From an uncultured delta proteobacterium (lineage in GTDB: Bacteria > Desulfobacterota > Desulfuromonadia > Desulfuromonadales > JACZKF01), in contig CAWFKQ010000006.1 of the NCBI GenBank assembly GCA_963816395.1, positions 68,324 to 132,323 of the forward strand: a stretch of DNA of 64,000 nucleotides, written 5' to 3'. The notes under the pieces are model-generated. The model had not been told where the DNA came from. It saw nothing but the letters and a program-made list of their open reading frames with translations, and did no database searches. This document shows positions 9,454 to 21,782 of the stretch, one piece after another. Both the position numbers and the translations under genes were made by a program. How positions within the stretch are numbered: position 1 is the stretch's first letter; every line of letters begins with the position of its first letter.

Positions 9454-10674
9454 ATGCGCAAGATCTTTTTGTCTCTTCTCTTCCCCGGCGGCCTGATTGC
9501 CGGTCTGGCGGCGGCTCTTTTCTCCGCCGTCAACCTTCCTCCGGCCGCCCGCTCCTTTCTTCCCTTCTATCCGGTGGTGGTACTGGCCGCCGGCCTGTTG
9601 CTCGGCTGGCGTTTCAACCGCAGCCGGCTGATTTTTGCCCTCCTGCTGTTAGCTCTGGCCGATCGGGGCCTGGTCCACTGGCCCACGGCGCCGGTGCTGA
9701 CGCAGGCCCTGCAGGTGCTGCTGCCGTTGAACCTGGCGCTCATCGCCTCCTATGCCGAAAGGGGGCTGCTCACCTGGGTGGGATTGGTGCGGCTGGGATT
9801 GCTCGGCGGTCAAGCCGCGGTCATGGCCTTTTTTTGCGAATACCGGCCAGCCGAATCGCTGGCAGCCCTGGGTCATCCTCTGTTACCCTCGTTGCCGCCC
9901 TTCCTGCTGTCGGGTGTGGCCGTCCAATTTCTGGTTCTGGTATTTTTACTGGGGCGTTTTCTGCGACAGCCGACTCCCCTCGCCGGCGGGTTCGTCTGGG
10001 CTCTTTTCGCTGCCTGTCTGCCGCTGTTTCTCGGTTTGCAGGACTTTGGCCTGACCCTCGGTTTCGCCACCGCCGGTCTGATACTGCTGGCGGCGGTGAT
10101 CGAGACCTCGCACGGCATGGCTTTCTGCGACGAACTGACCGGTCTGCCGGCGCGTCGGGCCTTGAACGAAAGCCTGCTCAAGGTCGGCAGGCGCTATACC
10201 GTGGCGATGGTCGACATCGATCACTTCAAGAAGGTCAACGACCGCTTCGGCCATGATACCGGCGACCAGGTGCTCAGGATGGTGGCCGCCAAGTTGGGCC
10301 GGGTGGGCGGCGGCGGCCGGCCGTTCCGTTACGGAGGAGAAGAATTCACCATTCTTTTCCCCGGCAAGGCCTTGGCCGAGGCGCTGCCCTACCTGGAAGC
10401 GGTGCGGGAGGCGGTGCAGGCGACAGGATTTACCGTCCGCCATCCCGCTCGCCCCAGGAAACCTCCGGAAAAGCTTCCGAAACGGGTCGGCACGCAGCGG
10501 CTTGGCGTCACCGTCAGCATCGGGGTCGCCGGCCGGCAGGAGGATGCGAATCGCCCGGCTCAAGTGATCAAGGCTGCCGACCAGGCCCTTTATCGCGCCA
10601 AGAAAACCGGGCGCAACCGGGTCTGCAGCGCCTCGGACGGGGAACCGGTGCGGCGCTCAAGCAGGGGAAACTGA
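9454..10674 (+). CDS. membrane-anchored diguanylate cyclase (multi-TM N-terminus plus GGDEF)
   Basis: ORF 9376..10674. C-terminus has DELTGLPARRAL, DIDHFKKVND, RYGGEEF and YRAKKTGRNRV. ATG at 9454 gives MRKIFLSLLFPGG. Confidence 0.85.
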   Translation: MRKIFLSLLFPGGLIAGLAAALFSAVNLPPAARSFLPFYPVVVLAAGLLLGWRFNRSRLIFALLLLALADRGLVHWPTAPVLTQALQVLLPLNLALIASYAERGLLTWVGLVRLGLLGGQAAVMAFFCEYRPAESLAALGHPLLPSLPPFLLSGVAVQFLVLVFLLGRFLRQPTPLAGGFVWALFAACLPLFLGLQDFGLTLGFATAGLILLAAVIETSHGMAFCDELTGLPARRALNESLLKVGRRYTVAMVDIDHFKKVNDRFGHDTGDQVLRMVAAKLGRVGGGGRPFRYGGEEFTILFPGKALAEALPYLEAVREAVQATGFTVRHPARPRKPPEKLPKRVGTQRLGVTVSIGVAGRQEDANRPAQVIKAADQALYRAKKTGRNRVCSASDGEPVRRSSRGN

Positions 10675-10683
10675 AAAGCAGAA

Positions 10684-10710
10684 CCGCCCGGCCTCGAGGG
10701 CGCCGGGCGG
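10684..10710. terminator. GC-rich hairpin between convergent genes
   Basis: CCGCCCGGC / GCCGGGCGG 9-bp stem. U-tracts are weak on both strands. Confidence 0.4.
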
Positions 10711-10739
10711 TTTGCCGGTGATTTTATTTTTCTGCAAGA

Positions 10740-10970
10740 TCAGTCGTTTGCAGCGGGGACTCCGCCGAACATGGCGGCAAGCTGTACGATCTGCTGCAGG
10801 TCCAGCCCGCTTTCCTTGACGATGCCGAGAAAAACCGGAAAGAGCTGCATCAGAAAGGTCGGGTCCTGCATGGCTTCTTTTGCCATCGGCGGCAGGGTTT
10901 CAAGAATGAAGGCCTTCTTCTCCTCGGGAGAGAGGGCGAGAACGGCGGATTTCAATGCGGCGACGGACAT
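10740..10970 (-). CDS. hypothetical small protein (76 aa)
   Basis: Internal ATG of ORF 10740..11090 (MSVAALKSAVLALSPEEKKAF...). No family recognised. Confidence 0.4.
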   Translation of the reverse strand: MSVAALKSAVLALSPEEKKAFILETLPPMAKEAMQDPTFLMQLFPVFLGIVKESGLDLQQIVQLAAMFGGVPAAND

Positions 10971-11040
10971 GGATACTCCTGGAAAAAAGCCACAGCCCGA
11001 GATCTGCGGCCGAGGTGATGGAAAGATCCGGCATTTCAGC

Positions 11041-13474
<2,434 letters not shown>

Positions 13475-13559
13475 GCAAATCTCCTCATCGGTTCCCGGGG
13501 TCATCAGGGAAAACTAAGCATCCGGCCGATGGATGTCAACTGTGAAACTCCCCCGAGGG

Positions 13560-14543
13560 TCAGAAAGTGCTGCGTAAAGCGAGGTGGAAAACAACATCCG
13601 GGGCGGTGTCGACGTCGATATCTTCGCTGACGCCGAGGTCGAGGGCGGTTTCGGCCCAGGACAGGGTGCCGCCGAGGGTGAGCTGCAGCGATTCCCCCAG
13701 CTGGGGGAGGTCGCTGTCGAAGAAGGGGGTATGGCCGTCGGCCTGCAGCTTGAAGGCAAGCCAGGCAAGGGGTTGCCAGCCGCCGCCCAGGGTGCCGAAG
13801 CCGACCACGTTCCGCTGCCGGTCGGGGAGAATATCGCCGTCGGTAAGCAGCATGGCGCCGCCGGCGCCGAACACGGCATATTTCCCGCCGGCGGCGATGA
13901 AGCCATGATCGCCGGCCAGCCACAGCGCCAGGTCGGTGCTGCCGCTGCCGAGCAGGCGGTCGCTGTCGCCGGTCGGCAGCTTCAGGCTGGCGCGCAGGGC
14001 GAGCGCCGAGCGCTCCTGCCGCCAGATCTGCCAGCCGCCGGTCAGGCGGAGATCGCCGATCCCCTCAGCATTTCTCTGCAGGTGCAGGCGTTCTTTGCCG
14101 TCATCGGTATAGGAGAAGAGCAGGCGGTTATTGGGTGCCTGATCGCGGCCGTTCTGGGGGAACCCGAAGAAATCGTGCCAGTGGATGATGAAGCTGTCGA
14201 GAAAGCCGCCGCGATACATGAGGTAGGGGAGTTCCGCGCCGACCTCGAAACGCTCCCCCAGACCGTGGCGCAGCGCCAGGGTAAAACGATAGCTTTCCCC
14301 GTCGAAAAGGAGGCTTTCGTTCCCTGCGGCGCTGTGGGTGAAGTGGCTGGCCAGATCCGTGGCGAGCAGGCCGACGGTGCGCCCCGGCGCTGCCAGGCGC
14401 CCGCCGGTGGCCGGCGGCAAGCCGAAGATCTGCACCAGGGGGCTCTGATTGCGGACGTAGAAGGGAGCGAGTTCGAGAGCCCGGCCGGAAACGGGAAAAG
14501 CCAGGCACACCAGGAGGACGAGGAAAACAGCGGTTTTTTGCAT
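13560..14543 (-). CDS. DUF3187-like outer-membrane beta-barrel protein
   Basis: Internal ATG of ORF 13560..15167, preceded by AAGGAGG. Signal peptide MQKTAVFLVLLVCLAFPVSG. Alternating beta-strand pattern and C-terminal F. Confidence 0.65.
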   Translation of the reverse strand: MQKTAVFLVLLVCLAFPVSGRALELAPFYVRNQSPLVQIFGLPPATGGRLAAPGRTVGLLATDLASHFTHSAAGNESLLFDGESYRFTLALRHGLGERFEVGAELPYLMYRGGFLDSFIIHWHDFFGFPQNGRDQAPNNRLLFSYTDDGKERLHLQRNAEGIGDLRLTGGWQIWRQERSALALRASLKLPTGDSDRLLGSGSTDLALWLAGDHGFIAAGGKYAVFGAGGAMLLTDGDILPDRQRNVVGFGTLGGGWQPLAWLAFKLQADGHTPFFDSDLPQLGESLQLTLGGTLSWAETALDLGVSEDIDVDTAPDVVFHLALRSTF

Positions 14544-14587
14544 GCGTCGATCCTCCTTGGAGCAGCCCTGGGGCGGAATGGTTACTG

Positions 14588-15490
14588 TTACTTGGCCAGA
14601 ATCGGCTGGGACAGGGTGCCGGTGAGCCGCAGGTGGTAGGCGCCGTCGCTGCCGGCTTTGGCGAACAGGTCGAGGAGATCCCGCAGGTTGCGGTCGAAAT
14701 TCGCTCCCGGCCGCAGCACCAGATTGAGATTGAGCCGGCTGCGCTGCAGCGGCTGGTTGAGCAGCACGGAGCCGCTGCCGGAGGCCTGCATTTCGCCGCC
14801 GGTCGCCTCCAGTTGCTCGATGCGGAAGGTGTTCCCCCGTCCCGACCCTTTGAGGGAAATTCGTCCCAGGTTCAGATTGCCGTCGGCGACCCCGAGAGAA
14901 TCCAGCCCCTTGAGCTGCAGGCTGTCGAAAGTGAGCGCGAATTGGCTTTCGCTGCCGGCCGGCGGAGGAATGATGCCGGTAAAGGTGCCCTCGCCGAGAG
15001 TGCCGGCCAGTTCCATGTCGGAGCCGGCGGTAAGATGCTCGGCAAATGCGAGCTGCCGCACCTGTGCCTCCAGGGCACCGTTCCGGCGCGCCCGGCCGGA
15101 GATATTCCCGCCCAGCAGGCTGGCCTGGAAAGCGACTCCGGGGTTGCTGCCGAGGAGGGAGAGCCAAAGCGGCTGCAGGGTGGCGGCGGCGATATCGACC
15201 GTCGGCCGCTCGGGCAGCCCGGTATTTACTCTCACCTGCTGCGCCCGCAGCCCCGGCGGAAAGAGGAGGGAAAGCTGGCCGATATTCAGGCTGCCGGTGG
15301 TTCTCTGGGAAAAGTCCTGCTCGATTCGTTCCTTCAGTGCCGAGGCAGGGAAGAACAGGTAGAGGCTGACCAGAAAGGAGAGGAGCATCAGCCCCAGGCC
15401 GAGCAGGTAGAATTTGAGCCGAGCCCGGGTGAACAGGCGGGGGGCGCCCGGCGAGCGGGCCGGCAGGCGGGGGAGGCGGAACGATTTCAT
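14588..15490 (-). CDS. gspN: type II secretion system protein GspN
   Basis: Single N-terminal TM. Last gene of the gsp operon. ATGA overlap with the gspM stop. Confidence 0.6.
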   Translation of the reverse strand: MKSFRLPRLPARSPGAPRLFTRARLKFYLLGLGLMLLSFLVSLYLFFPASALKERIEQDFSQRTTGSLNIGQLSLLFPPGLRAQQVRVNTGLPERPTVDIAAATLQPLWLSLLGSNPGVAFQASLLGGNISGRARRNGALEAQVRQLAFAEHLTAGSDMELAGTLGEGTFTGIIPPPAGSESQFALTFDSLQLKGLDSLGVADGNLNLGRISLKGSGRGNTFRIEQLEATGGEMQASGSGSVLLNQPLQRSRLNLNLVLRPGANFDRNLRDLLDLFAKAGSDGAYHLRLTGTLSQPILAK

Positions 15491-16017
15491 GCGCTCCTCC
15501 CGAACATGGAGACGGTCATCACCGCATCGAGCTGGGAATGGTCGTCAAAACGGGTGCGGATGCGCAGGCTCTTCACCTGCAGGGCGGCATCGGCGGACTC
15601 AAAGGAATAGAGAAAGCGCACCAGTTGGTCGAGGTGGAGTTTCTCCAGCTTGATTTCCACTGATTCCTCGCGGAAGCCTTCCTGCGCGGAGCCGGTCTGC
15701 GGGCGCATGTAGACCAGGTTTTCCTTGCTGGCCACGCGCGCGGCGGTCGCCTCGACAAAGGAAAAAAGGGAAAAATTGCGTGCCTTGTCCAGGCGGCCCT
15801 CCGCCTTCGAGAGCTGCTGCTGCAGCAGCAGATACTCCTGGCGCAGCTCCTGAATCTGCTGCACCTGCTTCTGGCGGGAAGCGATCTTGCCGTCGAGACG
15901 GGTCATCGCGTTCCGGTAGGGGAGGACGACGCCGAGGAAGATTACCGTGGCCAGGACGACCAGGCCGCAGACGATCAAGGCCAGGCGTTCGCGCGGGGAT
16001 ATTTGCGGCAGTGTCAT
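15487..16017 (-). CDS. gspM: type II secretion system protein GspM
   Basis: 176 aa, N-terminal TM followed by a coiled-coil. ATGA overlap with the gspL stop. Confidence 0.7.
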   Translation of the reverse strand: MTLPQISPRERLALIVCGLVVLATVIFLGVVLPYRNAMTRLDGKIASRQKQVQQIQELRQEYLLLQQQLSKAEGRLDKARNFSLFSFVEATAARVASKENLVYMRPQTGSAQEGFREESVEIKLEKLHLDQLVRFLYSFESADAALQVKSLRIRTRFDDHSQLDAVMTVSMFGRSA

Positions 16018-17411
16018 GGTTTTTCCTTTGCTCCGCCGTAGGTGAGGTTCAGGCGGAAATCGACCCGGCTGTTATCAATGCTCATTTTAGCGTCGGCGAT
16101 CTGCGCCTCGGCAAACAGGGGGGACTGCTCCAGGCTGCGGGCGATCTGGTTGATGGCATCGAAAGAGGTGGTCACCCCCTCCAGCCGCACCGATTCCGGG
16201 GAAAAGCTGAAATCGCGGATATCGAGGGAAACCGAGGCCGGAATATTGCTGGAGATCTCCCGCAGAATGGCGAGGGGCGTGCTGCGCTGGCCGGCGCCGA
16301 TCAGTTTTCCTCGCTGGTGCAGCTCCTTGATCTTGCTCTGCATCTGCTGGGTGGGGTTGATCAGCCGCTGCGAACCGGGCAAGGTCTGGTGGAAGACCCG
16401 GGTAATCTCCTGGTTCAGCGCCTCGGCCCGGCTCGCCTGGTGGGCGTAGTTGAGGTAGCTGGAGCCGACGACCGCCAGCACGGCAAGGAGCAGCAGAACG
16501 CCGCCGGCGATCAACTCCCGCTTCAGGGCGGTCCACTCGTTTTTCAGGGCGAAGCGGCCGCGGCGGAAATTGAATTCCCGCTCCCTGGCAGACGTCCCGG
16601 CCCGCAGGGCGAGGGCGACCGCCGGCAGGAATTCCGGCTCGATATCCCGCCCGTCGACGAAACAGCTCGGGATCTGGGCCGGGCGACCCGCCTGCTGCAG
16701 CGCCTGCAGCAGTTCCGGGGTGGCGCCGGCGCCGATCAGGTACAGCGGCAGATCGCGCCGCCCTGCTTCCCGCTGCAGGGTGGCGCTCTCCCGCAGGAGC
16801 AGGCGGGCGAGATCCGCCGGTTCGGTGCCGCTGGCGGCCGGCAGGAGACGATAGTCGACCACCCGTCCATCGGCCATCAGGGAGAGGGTGATCTCCTGCT
16901 CGGCCAGATGCGCCAGCAGGCCCTCGTGGCAGTGTTCGCGCAGGCCGCGCACCAGGGCGAAGGGGGCCAGGTCGAGGATGTGCAGGGGGATGCCGGTGGC
17001 ATCGAAGGTCTGCAGGAAGGAGTCCAGATAAGCGGTGCGCACGGCCGCCGCGCTGACCCGGTGCTGCCCCTCGGCATCGGCGGTGGGGGCCTGGAAATCG
17101 GTGGTGAATTCCTCGATCGTCACTGGCAGCTGGGCGGCCAGTTCGAAGCGCAGGGCCGGCTCGATCTTGCGCGGATCGTCAAAGGGGAAGGTCAGACGAC
17201 GGACGAAGCTCTCCAGCGCCGGCACCGCCGCCGCCACCCGGTCGCTGAAGATCCGGGTCTCGCCGATCAGCTCCTGCAGGGCGGCGCCGAGTTCCTCCGG
17301 GCCGGCGTAGGCCCGTTTGCCGACGGCGATCAGCGCCTGCCGGGTCTGGGAAATGATCGCCACCCGGATGTGGCTGCCGTCGATGTCGATCCCGATCTGT
17401 CGTTTTTCCAT
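16014..17411 (-). CDS. gspL: type II secretion system protein GspL (PilM-like plus PilN-like halves)
   Basis: MEKRQIGIDIDGSHIRVA actin-like N-terminus, a central TM and a C-terminal periplasmic domain. Confidence 0.75.
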   Translation of the reverse strand: MEKRQIGIDIDGSHIRVAIISQTRQALIAVGKRAYAGPEELGAALQELIGETRIFSDRVAAAVPALESFVRRLTFPFDDPRKIEPALRFELAAQLPVTIEEFTTDFQAPTADAEGQHRVSAAAVRTAYLDSFLQTFDATGIPLHILDLAPFALVRGLREHCHEGLLAHLAEQEITLSLMADGRVVDYRLLPAASGTEPADLARLLLRESATLQREAGRRDLPLYLIGAGATPELLQALQQAGRPAQIPSCFVDGRDIEPEFLPAVALALRAGTSAREREFNFRRGRFALKNEWTALKRELIAGGVLLLLAVLAVVGSSYLNYAHQASRAEALNQEITRVFHQTLPGSQRLINPTQQMQSKIKELHQRGKLIGAGQRSTPLAILREISSNIPASVSLDIRDFSFSPESVRLEGVTTSFDAINQIARSLEQSPLFAEAQIADAKMSIDNSRVDFRLNLTYGGAKEKP

Positions 17412-17415
17412 ATGG

Positions 17416-18412
17416 CTAGTCAACTTTCATCGAATAGATTCTGCTGCCGGAGTGGTCCACGAAGGCCGTGACCGTCCGTTTGCCGCCGCCGGCGCCTTCC
17501 TTGGTTCCGCTGTCGCCGACCTGACCGGTGGCGATGATCAGGAAGGTGGAGCTTTTCACCGTCACATGCACCAGCTGCATGGCTTTCAGGGCCATGTAGG
17601 TGGGGTTCTGCACCCCGAGCAGCTGCCCGAGATCGTTGATGCTCTCGAACGGCTGATCCTGGCGGTAGTTTACCAGCTTCTCCACATCGGTCGGATCCAC
17701 CTGCGGATCGAGGGACTTCAGCACCTCGGGAGAGGCGGTGTTGATGTTGACGCTGGCGTCGCCGTGCACGGTCAGGTATCTGGCCACCTTGCTGTAGATC
17801 TCGGGGGTGAAGCCGCGGATCATGAGCAGCTCGTCCAGGCTGTCCAGGGGACCGTTCTTGACCGGATAGGGATGATCCAGCCGCTCGTAGTATTCGCTCT
17901 CGGCGCCGCTGCCGTTGAAGGTGCCGCTGCCGGCGCCGGGCCTGGTGATGGTGTCGTCGGTGTCGATCCAGTCGATCAGGGCGGCCACCAGGTCATCCGG
18001 GGAGGTGTTGAGATCCAGGCTGTTGAACAGCCGGACCAGCGCGTCGCGCATGACCGGATTGACGTTCACTCCCTGGGTGACCAGGCTGTTGACGTCCAGG
18101 CGGCTCTGCATGTCCTCGATGCGGATCGAAACCGTCCCGTCTTCCCCCACCGGAAAGGCCGGAACGCCCTGCCCCCACAGCTCGCTCGGATGATCGTAGC
18201 CCGGATGCTGGTCCATCTTCAGGATCATCCGCCCCGCGTCGATCCCCCCCTTTGGCCAGGTACCAGGCCTGGGTGCTGTCGCGGAAGGTCTCGGTGAGCC
18301 GCAGGTCGACCAGGGTGGAAAAGGCGAATTCGGTCAGCAGGGAGGCGAGCAGGGCGACGATGACCAGCACCAGCAGCAGCACCATCCCTTTTTCATTCCG
18401 AGCCGGGCTCAT
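17416..18412 (-). CDS. gspK: type II secretion minor pseudopilin GspK (frameshift in a G/C homopolymer near 18245)
   Basis: ORFs 17993..18571 (MSPARNEKGMVLLLVLVIVALL) and 17416..18228 (GspK crown domain, NINTASPEVL) join. Confidence 0.8.
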
Positions 18413-19056
18413 GAGCCGCCCGGGATGGTGAGGGTCGGCAGCTGGCCGCCGCCGGGGATGTCGTAGGCGGTGCGGAACACCACCTGCTTTCCTTCCACCG
18501 GCAGGGAAAGGGTCACCTCCACCAGCTCGGGCAGGCCGCCGTCGGTGCGGGCGTTCCATTCCTCCACCCATTGGCCTTTGCGGTAAAAACGCACCTTCAT
18601 TTCGCCGATCCCGTCGGCCAGCCGGTACCCCTCGCGCTTTTCCCCTTCCGGGTCGAAGTAGGAATACTCGTTGCGCATCAGCACCCGGGTGTCTGCCCCC
18701 TTGTCGGCCTCCGGGTCGCGGCGCAGCTCGTAGCGGATTCTCGAAATCCCCCCTTGCCGGCCGCCGTAAGGGGTGCCGGCGGTGGTGGTCAGCTCCAGGT
18801 ACGGATCCTTGTCGAGGGTGGTCGCCCCGCCGAGGAAAAGGGTGTCCTTTTTCGCCTGGTCGAAATAGGTCCCCCGCAGCTCCCGGCCGATGCGGTCGAA
18901 GAGGACCCGGGCCTGGTGATATCCCTCGCTTTCGGCTTCCAGCCGCTCCTTGGCGGCGCTGACCGAATTGAAGACCCCGTAGACGGTGGTGAGCAGGAGG
19001 GCGACCAGGGCCACCGCCACCAGGATCTCCACCAGAGTGAAACCTTTTTCGCGCAT
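18409..19056 (-). CDS. gspJ: type II secretion minor pseudopilin GspJ
   Basis: MREKGFTLVEILVAVALVALL prepilin N-terminus inside ORF 18409..19524. Confidence 0.75.
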   Translation of the reverse strand: MREKGFTLVEILVAVALVALLLTTVYGVFNSVSAAKERLEAESEGYHQARVLFDRIGRELRGTYFDQAKKDTLFLGGATTLDKDPYLELTTTAGTPYGGRQGGISRIRYELRRDPEADKGADTRVLMRNEYSYFDPEGEKREGYRLADGIGEMKVRFYRKGQWVEEWNARTDGGLPELVEVTLSLPVEGKQVVFRTAYDIPGGGQLPTLTIPGGS

Positions 19057-19058
19057 GG

Positions 19059-19524
19059 TCAGTGGAATACGAAAGAGTTGAGTTCGACCATCTCGTTTTT
19101 CTTCTCGTCCCCCCAGGCGACGGTGACCGTCACGATTTTCAGCTGCGGCAACGGGCTGTCCTCGAAACGCACCCGCCAGCGATACTCTTCGAAAGGTTCC
19201 TCGAAAGGCTTTTCCTCCGCCGCGCTGAAAGCGAAGCCGGGCTGAGACGCCTCGCTCTCGATCTCGCTCAGCCGCTGCTGCGCCAGCAGGGTGGCCTGGG
19301 TGATCTTCTGCAGCCGCTGGTTGATCGCGATGCTGCGGTTGCTCAGGCCGAGCAGGACGACCAGGGCGATGGCGACGATCGCCAGGGCGATCATGACTTC
19401 CAGCAGGGTGAAGCCCTGCTGGCGGGACGCGGAGCGCGGATTGCGGAACGCGGAAAAGGGCTTGGAAACGCTTTTCCCGCGTCCCGCGTCCCTCGTCCCT
19501 CGTCCCTTTGCCAGTCTGTTTCAT
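19059..19524 (-). CDS. gspI: type II secretion minor pseudopilin GspI (5' end carries a heptamer element and one frame change)
   Basis: QQGFTLLEVMIALAIVAIAL prepilin motif. The only coupled start is ATG 19524, which overlaps the gspH stop but lies in the +1 frame relative to the motif. Confidence 0.65.
19422..19512 (-). repeat. two-armed heptamer element inside the gspI 5' region
   Basis: Plus strand reads (GCGGGAC GCGGAGC GCGGATT GCGGAAC GCGGAAA), a spacer, then (CTTTTCC CGCGTCC CGCGTCC CTCGTCC CTCGTCC CTTTGCC). Each arm is in perfect 7-nt register and the arms are partly complementary. Confidence 0.8.
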
Positions 19525-20048
19525 TTCTGCGCTTCGAATTCCCGGTACCCCTGGTAGATCTTGGTGGCGCCGGTAAAAGGCATCAGCCGCAGGGTCAACA
19601 CCCGGTCGCCGCCATCGTCGAGATGGATCACCGTCTCATCCAGCCAGCCGACCGGATGAATATCGGCGGTCACCTCGCCGGAAGTGGATTTGCCCTTGCC
19701 CACCACCTCCACGTCGCGGAAGCGGACCGCCTTCTTCAGATGCTGCTGCCGCCCGGTGCCGGTGACCTCGACCAACTCGCCGTTTTCCTCCTGCCGCTTG
19801 GCCGCGAAGGTTTCCTCATCCAGGTCAAAGACCAGCCGGTAAGGACGGCCGGTGAGGGCGGACTCGTTGTAGAGGTATTTGACCGTGCCGGCCAGCCGGC
19901 GGGCCGAGGCATCGAGGCCATCCTCGCCGATGCCGGTCAGCATCGGCAGCGTCAGGGCCGAGAAGAGGCCGATCAGCAGGAGAACGACTGCCAGTTCGAT
20001 GAGGGTGAAGCCGGAGTTACTGGATTTCCCAGCTGTTGATATCGGCAT
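19521..20048 (-). CDS. gspH: type II secretion pseudopilin GspH
   Basis: SGFTLIELAVVLLLIGL prepilin motif. The start (ATG 20048 or 20057) overlaps the gspG 3' end. Confidence 0.65.
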   Translation of the reverse strand: MPISTAGKSSNSGFTLIELAVVLLLIGLFSALTLPMLTGIGEDGLDASARRLAGTVKYLYNESALTGRPYRLVFDLDEETFAAKRQEENGELVEVTGTGRQQHLKKAVRFRDVEVVGKGKSTSGEVTADIHPVGWLDETVIHLDDGGDRVLTLRLMPFTGATKIYQGYREFEAQK

Positions 20049-20466
20049 TATTCCCATCGCCGCCCGGCTCGCCGTCGGCTCCCAACGAAGAGATGTCCAC
20101 ATCCCCCTGGCTGCCGGGGGAGAGAAAGACATACTCGCTCCCCCAGGGGTCTACCGGCAGCCGTTTCAGGTAACCGCCGTCCCGGTAGCGGGCCGGGATG
20201 CGGCCGATTTCCGGTTTGCTGACCAGGGACTGCAGACCCTGATCGGTGGTGGGATAAAAGCCGTTGTCCAGCTTGTACATGGCCAGCGCCTGTTCGATCC
20301 CTTTGATGTCGACGGCGGCCTTGGTGCGTTTGGCCTCCTCCGGGCGATCGAGGATGCGCGGCACCACGACGGCCGCCAGAATCCCCAGAATGACCACCAC
20401 GACCATGAGCTCGATGAGGGTGAAGCCCCGCTGGCTGCGCAGGAGAGATTGACGCTCGGTTTTCAT
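20017..20466 (-). CDS. gspG: type II secretion major pseudopilin GspG
   Basis: MKTERQSLLRSQRGFTLIELMVVVVILGILAAVVVPR. AAGGAG lies 5 nt upstream of ATG 20466. Confidence 0.9.
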   Translation of the reverse strand: MKTERQSLLRSQRGFTLIELMVVVVILGILAAVVVPRILDRPEEAKRTKAAVDIKGIEQALAMYKLDNGFYPTTDQGLQSLVSKPEIGRIPARYRDGGYLKRLPVDPWGSEYVFLSPGSQGDVDISSLGADGEPGGDGNNADINSWEIQ

Positions 20467-20539
20467 TGTCACTCCTTGTTGTCTCCAATCGATAGTTCTT
20501 TTCCAAGTTACAAGGCTTGAGGCCCAAGGGGGTGCCTGC

Positions 20540-20563
20540 TAGCCTCTAGCCTCTTAGCCTGCC
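20540..20563 (-). repeat. short heptamer array right after the gspF stop
   Basis: Plus strand reads TAGCCTC TAGCCTC TTAGCCTG. Minus strand after TAA reads AGGCAGG CTAAGAG GCTAGAG GCTAGCA. Confidence 0.6.
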
Positions 20564-20564
20564 T

Positions 20565-21781
20565 TTATCCCACCCCCTGGCTGGCCTGGAAAATCGGCAG
20601 CAGGATGGAGAGGACGATGAAGCCGACGACGCCGCCCATGAACAGTATCATGAACGGTTCGAGCAGGGAAAGCATGCCGGTGATGGCCAGATCCACCTGG
20701 TGGTCGTAGGCATCCGCTACCCGGAACAGCATCTCTTCCAGCTCGCCGCTGCGCTCGCCGACCGCCGCCATCTGCGCCACCATCGGCGGGAAAGACTCCC
20801 GAGCGGCGGATCGGAGCGGCCAGGCCCTCCCCTTCCCGGACGGCGACCGCCGTATCCTCCAGGGCCTGCCGCAGCACCCGGTTCTGCATCAGGTTGCAGA
20901 CGATCTCCAGCGATTTCAGCAGAGGCACCCCGCTGTGCTGCAGGGTCGCCAGGGTGCGGGTGAAGCGGGAGGTGGCGAGCAGCAGGTTGAGGCGGCCGAA
21001 GAGCGGCATGGTGAGCGCCAGCCGGTCCAGCCGCAGGCGGCCGTCCTCGGTGCGGGCATAGCGGCGCACGGCGACCAGCCGCCGCCAGCAGCAGCAGGAG
21101 CAGCAGCCACCACCAGGCGCTGAAAAAATCGCTGGTGCGGATCAGCATCAGGGTCGGCAGGGGCAGGGTTTGCCCCAGATCCTGGATCATCCGGACGACC
21201 TTCGGCACGACGAAGGCGAAGAGGAAAAAGAGCACGCCCGTGCCGATCACCCCCATCAGCAGCGGATAGGCCATGGCGGCCTGGATGCGGCTTTTCATCC
21301 GCGCCTGCGCTTCGAGGAAATCGGCGAGGCGCTGCAGGACCTTGTCGAGGGTGCCGCTGCTCTCCCCGACCTGCACCATGTTCACATACAGCACCGGGAA
21401 GATGCGCGGATGCCGGCCGAGGGCCGCATGCAGGGACTCTCCCTGGACGATCTCCTCGCGCACGGCGTTGAAGGTGCGGGCGAGCTGATCATGCTCCAGC
21501 TGACTGCCGATGGTGGCCAGGGCTTCATCCAGCGGCAGGCCGGCGCCGAGCAGGGTAGCCAGCTGGCGGGTGGCGGCGGCCAGTTCGGTGGACGGCACCC
21601 GCCGCGCCAGGCGCAGGCGGGCGAAGGCCGGGGCGGCGGCGGCGCTTTCCTCCTGCAGGGTGGTGGGATAGATCCCCTGGCCGCGCAGCTTCTGCAGCAC
21701 GGCCCGGCGGCCGCTCGCCTCGACCGTCCCCGAAAGCTTTTTGCCGGCGGCGTTGAAGCCGGAATACTCAAAGATCGGCAA
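20565..21781 (-). CDS. gspF: type II secretion inner-membrane platform GspF (two apparent frameshifts)
   Basis: Fragments 20717..21781, 20554..21069 and 20565..20783 join in order. MPIFEYSGFNAAGKK N-terminus with a TTG start. Confidence 0.85.
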
Positions 21782-21782
21782 C

